DNA of 43,718 nucleotides from a virus (lineage: Duplodnaviria; Caudoviricetes). Positions 35,561 through 43,645 of the stretch are shown here, piece after piece; the stretch's first letter is position 1; every line of letters starts with the position of its first letter. The stretch spans positions 1 through 43,718 of the IMG/VR virus record IMGVR_UViG_3300020045_002595. One strand, given 5' to 3'. The position numbers and the translations under genes are program-made. The notes beneath the pieces are model-generated. The model was not told the DNA's origin, made no database searches, and saw only the letters and a program-made list of their open reading frames with translations.

Positions 35561-36120
35561 CCGCCTCCAACTTTAAAGTAAAGCCGATAAAAGTTAAAAT
35601 GTCGAAGTGTAAGCATTGCAAAACGCCTTTTGAAAAGAAGAGTATGCGGCACCGATCTTGCTCCTGGGAGTGTGAGCTTGAATTGATGAAGTGGGATAAG
35701 CGCAAGTTGTTGGCAAAGAAGGACAAGGAAGCAAAAATCAAGCTAAGGACTAAGCGAGAATGGACGTCATTAGCGCAACAAGTTTTCAATTCCTATATAA
35801 GGGCAAGGGATAAAGATAAAACCTGTATTTGTTGCGGATTGCCTTTAGTCCAAAATACATGGGGCTATGATTGCGGACATTACCGCAGCGTTGGTTCTGC
35901 ACCTCACCTCAGATTTGAGCCAAATAATGCTCACGGGCAACGAAAGCAATGCAATAGATATGGTTTGGGTAGGGCTGTCGATTACCGTCTCGGACTGATT
36001 AAGCGTATAGGTTTAGAGGCTGTAGAAGCACTGGAAGCCGACCAGACACCAAGAAAATACACGATTGAGCAGCTACAAGGAATTATCAAAGAATACAAAC
36101 AGAAGTTAAAAGAACTCTAG
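35557..36120 (+). CDS. ninG: NinG/Rap-family junction endonuclease
   Basis: AQQVFNSYIRARD, CICCG and GHYRSVGSAPHLRF..N motifs. Confidence 0.92.
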   Translation: MTASNFKVKPIKVKMSKCKHCKTPFEKKSMRHRSCSWECELELMKWDKRKLLAKKDKEAKIKLRTKREWTSLAQQVFNSYIRARDKDKTCICCGLPLVQNTWGYDCGHYRSVGSAPHLRFEPNNAHGQRKQCNRYGLGRAVDYRLGLIKRIGLEAVEALEADQTPRKYTIEQLQGIIKEYKQKLKEL

Positions 36121-36137
36121 CCAAAGGGGAGGTATTG

Positions 36138-36160
36138 GGGTGATCCTAAAAAAATCACCC
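36138..36160. promoter_or_regulatory. inverted repeat (hairpin or operator) upstream of a promoter
   Basis: GGGTGAT-cctaaaaaa-ATCACCC. Confidence 0.45.
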
Positions 36161-36187
36161 TATTTAAAAATAATTACGTAAAGCTAC

Positions 36188-36215
36188 TTGACAATCAAAA
36201 TAGTTGTGGTATAAG
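36188..36215 (+). promoter_or_regulatory. putative sigma70 promoter
   Basis: TTGACA-16 bp-TATAAG with an extended TG and an upstream A-tract. Confidence 0.65.
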
Positions 36216-36253
36216 TATAGTCATAGAGTGGTTACAACGAAACGGAGGGCATT

Positions 36254-36490
36254 ATGAAAACTCAGCAGCCAACAAAATACACAGTAAACATTACAAAGAA
36301 AGATGGAATGAAAAGTATTTACTTTGTTTTGTCACTATCGGCAGGTGCAGCAGAGGAAACCTGCCTCCGTGAAGTATATAACGCACAATATGCGCTTGCT
36401 GAACTCGGCTGGCCTGAAAGTGTAACCTTGCCAGACCTATCAAGCAAAGGTGTAGCATTGTTCCTAGTCAACGAATACTGCAAACAATAA
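36254..36490 (+). CDS. hypothetical protein
   Basis: SD GGAGG. Confidence 0.7.
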   Translation: MKTQQPTKYTVNITKKDGMKSIYFVLSLSAGAAEETCLREVYNAQYALAELGWPESVTLPDLSSKGVALFLVNEYCKQ

Positions 36491-36536
36491 ACACTAAGCC
36501 GCCGCCCTCCGGCAATAGAGGGCAAAGGGGGAAGGG

Positions 36537-36746
36537 TTGAAAATTAAATGTCCTGAATGTGGTGGGGATGGTAAAGAAACATGCAGCAATCCTGATCATG
36601 GTTTTATATCTGCAATGGGTGGTGAATTAAACCGGCTTGGCTGTCCTTGTTGTGGGCATGACCCAAACTACAAAGTCATCAATGGTGGAAAGTGTGAATA
36701 CTGTAATGGTACTGGCGAAATAGAAGAAAATCAGGAGGTGCAATGA
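36537..36746 (+). CDS. DnaJ-type Zn-finger protein
   Basis: CPECGGDG...CEYCNGTG. Confidence 0.75.
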   Translation: MKIKCPECGGDGKETCSNPDHGFISAMGGELNRLGCPCCGHDPNYKVINGGKCEYCNGTGEIEENQEVQ

Positions 36747-36943
36747 AAATAACCGGCGTAAAATTTAATCAAGTTTTTTTAGATTCAAAAGTAACAACAA
36801 CTGAGTTGATGCAAATAACCGGCTGGACCAGACAAAGAATATCACAGCTAAGAACCGAAGAAACAAGCCACTGCAACGATGTACTAGGCGCAGCAATGGC
36901 GGCAAGAATGGGAGTGACTACCGAAGAGTTAAGGGGGGATTGA
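36743..36943 (+). CDS. Cro/XRE-like HTH protein
   Basis: TTTELMQITGWTRQRISQL; MAARMGVTTEEL. Confidence 0.75.
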   Translation: MKITGVKFNQVFLDSKVTTTELMQITGWTRQRISQLRTEETSHCNDVLGAAMAARMGVTTEELRGD

Positions 36944-37143
36944 TTATGAATTGGTTTTATAAAGGTGCTGTTGTAATACAGGCGATTTTGCTTTCTGTAA
37001 CAATAACTATGGTTGTTGAACTTCACAGACAAATAAAATTAATTACAGAAACTCAAGCAATGCAAGACCAAATAAACCGCAATTTACTTGATTCTATTGG
37101 CAATAACTTGAAATCAATTAAAAGATTAGGTGGTTTAAAATGA
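36940..37143 (+). CDS. small membrane-anchored protein
   Basis: N-terminal hydrophobic helix plus coiled coil. Confidence 0.6.
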   Translation: MIMNWFYKGAVVIQAILLSVTITMVVELHRQIKLITETQAMQDQINRNLLDSIGNNLKSIKRLGGLK

Positions 37144-37340
37144 AACCACTAACAACAGAACCAAGCCTGATACATCCAGAATATTTTCAGAACGACGAAG
37201 AGGAAATACCAACAATCCGCGAGGCGTTGCAGAACATCGTGGATAGCGCAGACAAAAATAGTCCTGCAAAATATGGTGTTTACATTATTGAGCAAATAGA
37301 CTTTGACAACGCAGTTGCAGCACTTAAAAGGGGGGTGTGA
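37140..37340 (+). CDS. hypothetical protein
   Basis: ATGA coupling. Confidence 0.65.
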   Translation: MKPLTTEPSLIHPEYFQNDEEEIPTIREALQNIVDSADKNSPAKYGVYIIEQIDFDNAVAALKRGV

Positions 37341-37342
37341 TA

Positions 37343-37516
37343 ATGGCTAAGTTATTTATTGTCAGAATAATATCGCACAAAGATGGAGTGGTCACATGGG
37401 AATCTAACCCAATGACAGAAAAAAAAGCGGATATGTGTGAGGCTGGCACAAACAGAAACCTTAATCATAACGATTATTATACTTTGATTATGGAGGCCAG
37501 AAATGCCAAACCATAG
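37343..37516 (+). CDS. hypothetical protein (57 aa)
   Basis: SD GGGGGG; fills the gap; translated by hand (...NRNLNHNDYYT...). Confidence 0.65.
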   Translation: MAKLFIVRIISHKDGVVTWESNPMTEKKADMCEAGTNRNLNHNDYYTLIMEARNAKP

Positions 37517-37832
37517 CTATTACAAATCGGCTAAGAATTCTGATATTGATGTTGTGCGACGGTTTGCAACGAAACTTGAATCTAGCTACTACCAAGGGGC
37601 AGCGCTAGAAAATCAGTCAGTCCCACCGGCCTACAACTCCACACTTGATTTGGTGTGTGTTACTTGCGGCGCTGACCAGGGCAAATGCTATCATGTGAAT
37701 GAAGATGATTATTGCCTTGAAACCCGCATAGACTACGAGTCTTGCACTACCTTTTACCGGAGGTTCCTTTGCGCTGCTGTCACTCTGCTTGTGGTTTGCC
37801 TTATACTTCTTGTCGCTCTGGCAGGGAAGTGA
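37503..37832 (+). CDS. hypothetical protein with a C-terminal TM helix
   Basis: SD GGAGG; CxxC; hydrophobic tail. Confidence 0.6.
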   Translation: MPNHSYYKSAKNSDIDVVRRFATKLESSYYQGAALENQSVPPAYNSTLDLVCVTCGADQGKCYHVNEDDYCLETRIDYESCTTFYRRFLCAAVTLLVVCLILLVALAGK

Positions 37833-37835
37833 CTT

Positions 37836-38063
37836 ATGACCTGGGCAGAGAAGCAAGCAAGACAAATAATTTACATGCGTGAAAATATGGGTTTTAAAGG
37901 GCTTAAACCTAAAGACATAACCTCTACTATATGGGCGGCGGTAATTTACGGTAGAGACTCTTTAAAACGGCCAATAACAGGCAAAAAACAAATACAGTGC
38001 TACGATGCCATAGTACGGCATTGGTGGAGGTTGCAAAATGCAGATTTGTCCGAAGTGCCATAG
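37836..38063 (+). CDS. hypothetical protein
   Basis: Operon packing. Confidence 0.6.
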   Translation: MTWAEKQARQIIYMRENMGFKGLKPKDITSTIWAAVIYGRDSLKRPITGKKQIQCYDAIVRHWWRLQNADLSEVP

Positions 38064-38409
38064 CAACACATTAATCATTGATGAATTTATGTACGGTGGT
38101 GGAAGCATAGAAAACCGTCAATCTGGTGACAAACATTGTGCATGGGAACGAGCGCATAAATGCGTAATATGTGGTTTTTATATGCCCACAGATATTAACC
38201 CTATGGAGGTAAAGCATCGTACTGGTAGAAGAGACAACAGATCGGTAAAAATATTTGATAACTTCATTAACGAAAATATGGACAAGATCAAGAGACTAAA
38301 GAAAAAGCGGTTGTCTTACCTAAAAATTGCCGAAATATTATCAGCTGAGTTTGGAAGCACAATATCACCAAGTACATTACAAAGACGCTATCAAGAGAGT
38401 ATATTATGA
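38038..38409 (+). CDS. Zn-ribbon plus C-terminal HTH protein
   Basis: CPKC...CVICG; LSYLKIAEILS...ISPSTLQRRY. Confidence 0.7.
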   Translation: MQICPKCHSNTLIIDEFMYGGGSIENRQSGDKHCAWERAHKCVICGFYMPTDINPMEVKHRTGRRDNRSVKIFDNFINENMDKIKRLKKKRLSYLKIAEILSAEFGSTISPSTLQRRYQESIL

Positions 38410-38846
38410 AAGTAAACCCGCAACCATTATGGATTGTTTTAACCAAGGCCGGTAAAGTTGATCGGGCATATGCCAAATATGATTCTGCAAGAGGAAGATC
38501 TAGAGAAATAAACGGGATAGTTGAACCAGTTTTATTGTATGGCTACAAAGAATTGACTTTTGCAGGGTTGAATAGCAAACCGACAGCAGAGAGAGAAAAG
38601 CCTGTTTTTTCACATCATGCCCGTAATGTTCGTAATTTGTTTATTTTAAAAGCGGTGTTGGAAGGTGATTCACTTGCTACAGTTGGGAACAGTTACGGTA
38701 TTTCACCACAAGGCATAAACAGAATAGTTTTGAAACTGTGCGAAGTCGCAAGAAAAAGGCTTAAGTTTAATGATTGGGAAACTTCGATACTGTATTACAG
38801 AGAAAATAAGGAATTTATTTTTAAGTCGCTTGAAATAACAGCATAA
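38406..38846 (+). CDS. HTH-containing protein (sigma region-4-like)
   Basis: RN....AVLEGDSLATVGNSYGISPQGINRIV. Confidence 0.65.
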   Translation: MKVNPQPLWIVLTKAGKVDRAYAKYDSARGRSREINGIVEPVLLYGYKELTFAGLNSKPTAEREKPVFSHHARNVRNLFILKAVLEGDSLATVGNSYGISPQGINRIVLKLCEVARKRLKFNDWETSILYYRENKEFIFKSLEITA

Positions 38847-38855
38847 GGGGTTTTT

Positions 38856-39119
38856 ATGATAACTTCAGCAGAAAAAGAGCAGATACAAAGAGCTATTGAT
38901 AGAGAGTATATTTTATCACTGGCTAAATACGGTAATTGGGACGATATGGATTACCTTGACATGCACTTTGTGATTAATAAAGAACTTGGCGAGGTTGAAT
39001 CGGCAATTGATAAAAACGATCATCATGGGCTGCATGGGACACTGACAGAGTTGGCACAAGTGGCCGCATGTGCGCAAAAGATGATGGTGCAGATTATTAG
39101 AAGGGAGGGTGAGCCATGA
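38856..39119 (+). CDS. MazG-like NTP pyrophosphohydrolase
   Basis: KELGEVESAI...TELAQVAACA helical motif. Confidence 0.7.
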   Translation: MITSAEKEQIQRAIDREYILSLAKYGNWDDMDYLDMHFVINKELGEVESAIDKNDHHGLHGTLTELAQVAACAQKMMVQIIRREGEP

Positions 39120-39208
39120 CAACGTGCCCTGATTGCGGCAACGAACTTATACCAGAGGGCGGGTGCTTGTACTGTACTTGCGGGTATTCAGTTTGTGGGG
39201 GGATATAG
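39116..39208 (+). CDS. 30-aa Zn ribbon resembling the C-terminus of class II ribonucleotide reductase
   Basis: MTTCPDCGNELIPEGGCLYCTCGYSVCGGI; overlaps both neighbours (ATGA, TAGTG). Confidence 0.65.
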   Translation: MTTCPDCGNELIPEGGCLYCTCGYSVCGGI

Positions 39209-39681
39209 TGGAAACTCAAAAAACAATACTTGATCCGTGTTGTGGTAGTCGGATGTTTTGGTTTGACCGACAGAATCCAGCGGTAGTGTACGGAGACAAA
39301 CGTAACGAATCACATATTCTCTGTGACGGACGCGCTTTGGAAATTAAACCGGATATGTACCTTGATTTCACTGAGATGCCTTTTGATGATGGAATATTTA
39401 AATTAGTGGTATTTGACCCACCACATCTGGTCAGGGCTGGTAAAAAAAGTTGGCTAATGGCTAAATATGGCAAACTCTCTGGCGAGTGGCGTGAGGATAT
39501 CCGCAAGGGCTTTGCAGAGTGTTTCAGAGTGTTGGAACCGGCTGGCATACTCATTTTTAAATGGAATGAGACACAAATTAAGGTGAGCGAAGTATTAGCA
39601 CTCACTGACCGGCGGCCGTTGTTTGGACATCCATCAGGCAAGAGAAGCAACACACATTGGATTACATTTATGAATATCTAA
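39208..39681 (+). CDS. SAM-dependent (amino-type DNA) methyltransferase
   Basis: ILDPCCGSRMFWF, VVFDPPHL and IFKWNE motifs; GTG start with SD GGGGGG. Confidence 0.9.
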   Translation: METQKTILDPCCGSRMFWFDRQNPAVVYGDKRNESHILCDGRALEIKPDMYLDFTEMPFDDGIFKLVVFDPPHLVRAGKKSWLMAKYGKLSGEWREDIRKGFAECFRVLEPAGILIFKWNETQIKVSEVLALTDRRPLFGHPSGKRSNTHWITFMNI

Positions 39682-39698
39682 CTGAATATTATTTTAAC

Positions 39699-39726
39699 TT
39701 GCATTTTCCCCTATTTGTGCTACATT
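39699..39726 (+). promoter_or_regulatory. putative sigma70 promoter of the replication operon
   Basis: TTGCAT-16 bp-TACATT with an extended TG. Confidence 0.55.
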
Positions 39727-39759
39727 GAGGGCGTAGGGAAAAACTAAATAGCAAATCAG

Positions 39760-39863
39760 TGTATTTGGCAGAATGCACTTATCGGATGGATGATGAGGGG
39801 CGACCCTCAGAACCAAGAAACCCCTTAGAGACTCTGCCAAGTTTTTAAGGGGTTTCGCATTTT
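39760..39863 (+). promoter_or_regulatory. structured 5' leader / attenuator candidate 2
   Basis: 16-bp stem 39817-39832/39841-39856; its 8-nt loop TCTGCCAA is complementary to TTGGCAGA (39765-39772). Confidence 0.65.
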
Positions 39864-39873
39864 AGGAGTTGGT

Positions 39874-40209
39874 ATGAATTATTCACAACAACTTAAACAC
39901 CCAAATTGGCAAAAAAAACGCCTTAAAATTATGGAGCTTGCTGATTTTAAATGTCAAAAATGTGGGGATAAGCAAACTACTTTGCATATCCATCATAAAG
40001 TTTATGAAAAAGGTAAATTGGCCTGGGAATACCCTGATACTAATTTTACTTGTTTGTGTGAAAATTGTCATAATGACCAACATGAGAATTGTTGCGATAT
40101 AAAGCTTTACACTCTTGCTTATGACAAAGAAATTAAATCTAATATCTTGAGCCCTTTTATTCCTTTATATTGTGCTACATGCGGGAATCCAATACCGCAA
40201 CATTTTTAA
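39874..40209 (+). CDS. HNH-like Zn-binding protein
   Basis: LKHPNWQKKRL, CQKCG, LHIHH and LCENCH motifs. Confidence 0.85.
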   Translation: MNYSQQLKHPNWQKKRLKIMELADFKCQKCGDKQTTLHIHHKVYEKGKLAWEYPDTNFTCLCENCHNDQHENCCDIKLYTLAYDKEIKSNILSPFIPLYCATCGNPIPQHF

Positions 40210-40210
40210 T

Positions 40211-40906
40211 ATGAAAAGAGGATATGTAAAGCTTTATAGATGCATTAAGGAAAACCCTTTGTGGAATGATGAACCATTTACAAGAGGTCAGGCTTGGGTT
40301 GATCTTCTGTTGATTGCAAACCATTCTGATGGGGTTATTAGGCGCAGAGGAATAAAGGTAAACATTAAGCGTGGTGAAGTTGGGTTGTCTTTAAGAGAGC
40401 TTTCAGACCGTTGGAAATGGAGTATTGGCAAGATACAAAGATTTTTTGATGAATTAAAAACAGATTCACAACTCCATTTCAGAAACGATACAAAGAATGT
40501 AAGTGTAACTAGTGTAATTTGTTTAACTAATTACAAAACATATCAAGATGATGATACGGAAACAGATACGGAAACAGATACGGAAACGATACGGAAACGG
40601 GTACAGAACAAGAATGTAAAGAATGTAAAGAAAGAGTCTATAGAGAAAACATCTCGTTTTATTCCTCCTACTCTTGAAGAAGTTAAAGTTTATTGCGCTG
40701 ATCGTAATCGAGGGGTTGACCCTGAAAAGTGGTTGAATCATTACCAGGCTAAAGATTGGATGATTGGTAAAAACAAAATGAAGGATTGGCAAGCTGCAAT
40801 AAGAACATGGGAAAAGCCAAAAACAGAAACAGAAGCGACTTTACCAATCCAAGAATTTAAAGCCTCAGACGAATTAAAAAGGAAATTGGCCCAATATGCA
40901 GACTGA
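40211..40906 (+). CDS. replication initiator (lambda O/DnaD-like)
   Basis: GYVKLYR, AWVDLLLIANH, FIPPTLEEV and MKDWQAAIRTWE motifs; internal iterons; precedes DnaB. Confidence 0.88.
   Translation: MKRGYVKLYRCIKENPLWNDEPFTRGQAWVDLLLIANHSDGVIRRRGIKVNIKRGEVGLSLRELSDRWKWSIGKIQRFFDELKTDSQLHFRNDTKNVSVTSVICLTNYKTYQDDDTETDTETDTETIRKRVQNKNVKNVKKESIEKTSRFIPPTLEEVKVYCADRNRGVDPEKWLNHYQAKDWMIGKNKMKDWQAAIRTWEKPKTETEATLPIQEFKASDELKRKLAQYAD
40553..40634. repeat. iterons, putative replication origin
   Basis: Four copies of GATACGGAAAC(A) at 40553-40598, then AAGAATGTA repeats; AT-rich flanks; inside the initiator gene as in lambda ori. Confidence 0.8.
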
Positions 40907-42236
40907 TAAAAATTTACCTCCACAATCAATAGAAAATGAAATGGCCGTACTTGGCTCTATTTTTGTTGATAGTTCGTCACTTGATAAAGCTTTGGATGTT
41001 TTGACTCCGGAAGATTTTTACAAAGAGTCACACCGTAAAATTTTCAAGGTAATGATGAATTTGGCTGACCGTAATGAACCTTGTGATTTTGTGACAGTAG
41101 TTTCAGAGCTTAAAAGCCAGTCTGTTTTAGATGAGGTGGGCGGCGCTCCTTACCTTTTAACTTTGACTGATTACGTTCCTACTGCGGCCAGTATTGTTTA
41201 TTACAGCAAGATTGTTGCCGGTAAAGCGTTGGACCGTCGCATTTTGACACAGGCCCAAGAAACCATTGCAATGATTCAGGCCGGTCAATCATCAACGGAA
41301 GTTTTAGAAAAGATGGAATCAAATCTGACTCGGATAGTTGCGCCACAGAAAAACGAACCAGTATCAGCTCCAAATTTGATTATGGAAGCGTCAAAACGTT
41401 TAAGAGTGAGATATAACAATAAGGGGCAGTTGCAAGGCATGACATGGGGAATTAACGGCCTTGATAATGCAACAAACGGAATGCACAGGGGGGAGCTAGT
41501 TGTAATTGCTGGCCGTCCTTCAATGGGTAAGTCTGCTTTTGTTGGGAATGTATTACGCGCTTCATGTGATAAAGGATTATCAAGTATGTTGTTTTCGTTG
41601 GAAATGTCGCGGATTGATGTAACTGATAGATTTATTGCAGATCATGGGAATATTAAATTTCATCATTTAAGAAATGGGCAACTAGAAGATGTTGAATGGA
41701 CTAAAAACGTAAGAGCCTGTGAAGAGATAAGAGGATGGAAATTATTTATTGACGATACCCCTGGCATGACATTGAGGGATATTAAATCAAAAGCTAAAAG
41801 ACAAAAAAGAAATGGTCTTGACGTGTTAGCAGTGGATTATTTGCAACTTATGGGAGTATCAGCAAAAGAAAACAGGGTGCAATCACTTGGGGAAATATCG
41901 AGAGGTCTTAAAACACTTGCAAGGGAACTTGATATTGTTGTTATTCTGTTGTCTCAACTAAATAGGTCTGTTGATTCAAGGGCAGATAAACGGCCTTTGA
42001 TGTCTGACTTAAGGGATTCAGGAGAAATTGAACAGGATGCAGATGTTATTTTATTTCCATTTCGCCCGGCTGCTTATTGCCAAAAATGCAGAGATCGTGT
42101 TGACGATGGAACGCATAATTTAAAAGAACATCAAGCATTAGCGGAAATTATAATTGAAAAACAACGTAATGGAGAACGCAATTTATCAATACCAGTTGCA
42201 TGGATGGGACAATTTCAAAGATTTGAGGGACTTTAA
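40896..42236 (+). CDS. dnaB: replicative DNA helicase, DnaB family
   Basis: LPPQSIENE, AGRPSMGKS, FSLEM, VDYLQL, LSQLNR and DLRDSGEIEQDAD motifs. Confidence 0.97.
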   Translation: MQTDKNLPPQSIENEMAVLGSIFVDSSSLDKALDVLTPEDFYKESHRKIFKVMMNLADRNEPCDFVTVVSELKSQSVLDEVGGAPYLLTLTDYVPTAASIVYYSKIVAGKALDRRILTQAQETIAMIQAGQSSTEVLEKMESNLTRIVAPQKNEPVSAPNLIMEASKRLRVRYNNKGQLQGMTWGINGLDNATNGMHRGELVVIAGRPSMGKSAFVGNVLRASCDKGLSSMLFSLEMSRIDVTDRFIADHGNIKFHHLRNGQLEDVEWTKNVRACEEIRGWKLFIDDTPGMTLRDIKSKAKRQKRNGLDVLAVDYLQLMGVSAKENRVQSLGEISRGLKTLARELDIVVILLSQLNRSVDSRADKRPLMSDLRDSGEIEQDADVILFPFRPAAYCQKCRDRVDDGTHNLKEHQALAEIIIEKQRNGERNLSIPVAWMGQFQRFEGL

Positions 42237-42300
42237 AGCTGCTGAGTCAGTGCGAGTGCAGCGAACAGTCTATTAATGATGTTGGGATATAGGGGGTTGT

Positions 42301-42942
42301 GTGAAGGTTCTAAATTTATATGCAGGTTTAGGTGGTAATAGAAAGTTTTGGCAGGGGTGCGAGGTAACCGCAGTAGAAAATGATCCACGTATTGCAGCCG
42401 TTTATAAAAGGCTTTATCCTGATGATACGGTGATTATTGGTGAAGCTCACGAATATCTGTTGGTAAATTATCAGAACTTTGATTTTATCTGGACTTCTCC
42501 ACCATGTCAGACGCATTCAAAAATGGCAGTAGCAACAAGGCATAAGTTAAAGCGATATCCTGATATGTCACTGTACCAAGAAATTATTTTCTTGCAGACG
42601 TATTTTAAGGGTAAGTTTGTTGTTGAAAACGTAGTTTCGTATTATAAGCCACTTATTGAAGGTACACGAATGGGACGGCATATGTTCTGGTCAAATTTTC
42701 AATTTAAATATTGCGAGATTCCAACACCACCAAATTTTATCAACAAATGCAATTTAGCAGGGAAACAGGCGTTAATGGATTGGCTGGATATTCATTACGA
42801 GGAAAATATTTACTATGGTAAAAACCACTGTCCAGCGCAGATATTAAGAAACTGCGTCCACCCGGTTGTTGGCAAACACATCATGGACACATATTTAAGT
42901 TTATCGGGCAGCGTGTGTAGTTTGGGCGAAGTTGGATTATAA
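42301..42942 (+). CDS. C5-cytosine DNA methyltransferase (short phage type)
   Basis: LNLYAGLGG, SPPCQ, VVENV, R and RNCV motifs. Confidence 0.9.
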   Translation: MKVLNLYAGLGGNRKFWQGCEVTAVENDPRIAAVYKRLYPDDTVIIGEAHEYLLVNYQNFDFIWTSPPCQTHSKMAVATRHKLKRYPDMSLYQEIIFLQTYFKGKFVVENVVSYYKPLIEGTRMGRHMFWSNFQFKYCEIPTPPNFINKCNLAGKQALMDWLDIHYEENIYYGKNHCPAQILRNCVHPVVGKHIMDTYLSLSGSVCSLGEVGL

Positions 42943-42954
42943 AGGGGGGAGAGT

Positions 42955-43158
42955 ATGGGAAAAACCATGAAAAGATGTCCGATTTGTCAAGGAACTGAAG
43001 TTATAGTTTTTGATGCAGATAACGACTTTTGCCAACATTGTAAAAAATGGTTTCCAGCAGTAGCGGATATACCACTTGTTTATTGTCATGCTTGTTCAAC
43101 CGCAGGAGGGGCAGAAACACCTATTTATCATGAAGCCCCTGCTTGCTCAGAGAGGTAA
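42955..43158 (+). CDS. Zn-finger hypothetical protein
   Basis: CPIC, CQHC, CHAC. Confidence 0.7.
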   Translation: MGKTMKRCPICQGTEVIVFDADNDFCQHCKKWFPAVADIPLVYCHACSTAGGAETPIYHEAPACSER

Positions 43159-43163
43159 ACATT

Positions 43164-43499
43164 ATGGAATTTGGCAAAGGTACACTTGTAAGGCTAGATG
43201 GAGATGACCCCGAAAGCCGGACAGTCAGAATGTGTGTTAAAAAAGATGGCAGTTTATTTTTGTTGGAATTGGACAGGCATGTTGTAGAAACAGACGAAGA
43301 AGCGCAAAAGATGGCGGCAAACTGTTGCAAGATAGCCGATGGCCGGATGATTACTGCTATCACTTTATCGCCAGAAGCATTTTATGGGATATTGCAAGCG
43401 GGTGTTCATTTAGCAGAAAGAATTGAAAAGTCGCCGGAAGAAACCAAATTTACAGCGCCAGAGTCCATCATCAAACCAATAGAGGAGGTGGGAACGTGA
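43164..43499 (+). CDS. hypothetical protein
   Basis: SD GAGGT before ATG 43164. Confidence 0.7.
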   Translation: MEFGKGTLVRLDGDDPESRTVRMCVKKDGSLFLLELDRHVVETDEEAQKMAANCCKIADGRMITAITLSPEAFYGILQAGVHLAERIEKSPEETKFTAPESIIKPIEEVGT

Positions 43500-43645
43500 G
43501 AGTAGAAGATTTTATTGATGATAATGGCAAAGAAGACCTATTTGATTTTGATAGTCGGGAATATTTCTTTTTCCCATGTATCGGCTGTAAAAACCGTCAT
43601 CAACCGAATGAATATTGCGAGCCATGCCGCCACTATGCTATTTAA
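43496..43645 (+). CDS. small Cys-rich protein (49 aa) spanning the circular junction
   Basis: SD GGAGGTG, GTGA overlap, CIGC...CEPC. Confidence 0.6.
   Translation: MRVEDFIDDNGKEDLFDFDSREYFFFPCIGCKNRHQPNEYCEPCRHYAI

Noticed and set aside
39788-39815. Hammerhead ribozyme (TGATGA-stem-GAA)
   Set aside because: It lacks the CUGAUGA and GAAA cores and the flanking stems
40553-40634. CRISPR or mini-array
   Set aside because: Tandem 11-12 bp units without spacers inside the initiator gene; they fit iterons
342-43363. Remaining minus-strand and nested ORFs in the track
   Set aside because: Nearly all overlap well-supported + strand genes (28860-29045 overlaps the candidate ncRNA instead), and none shows a recognisable motif
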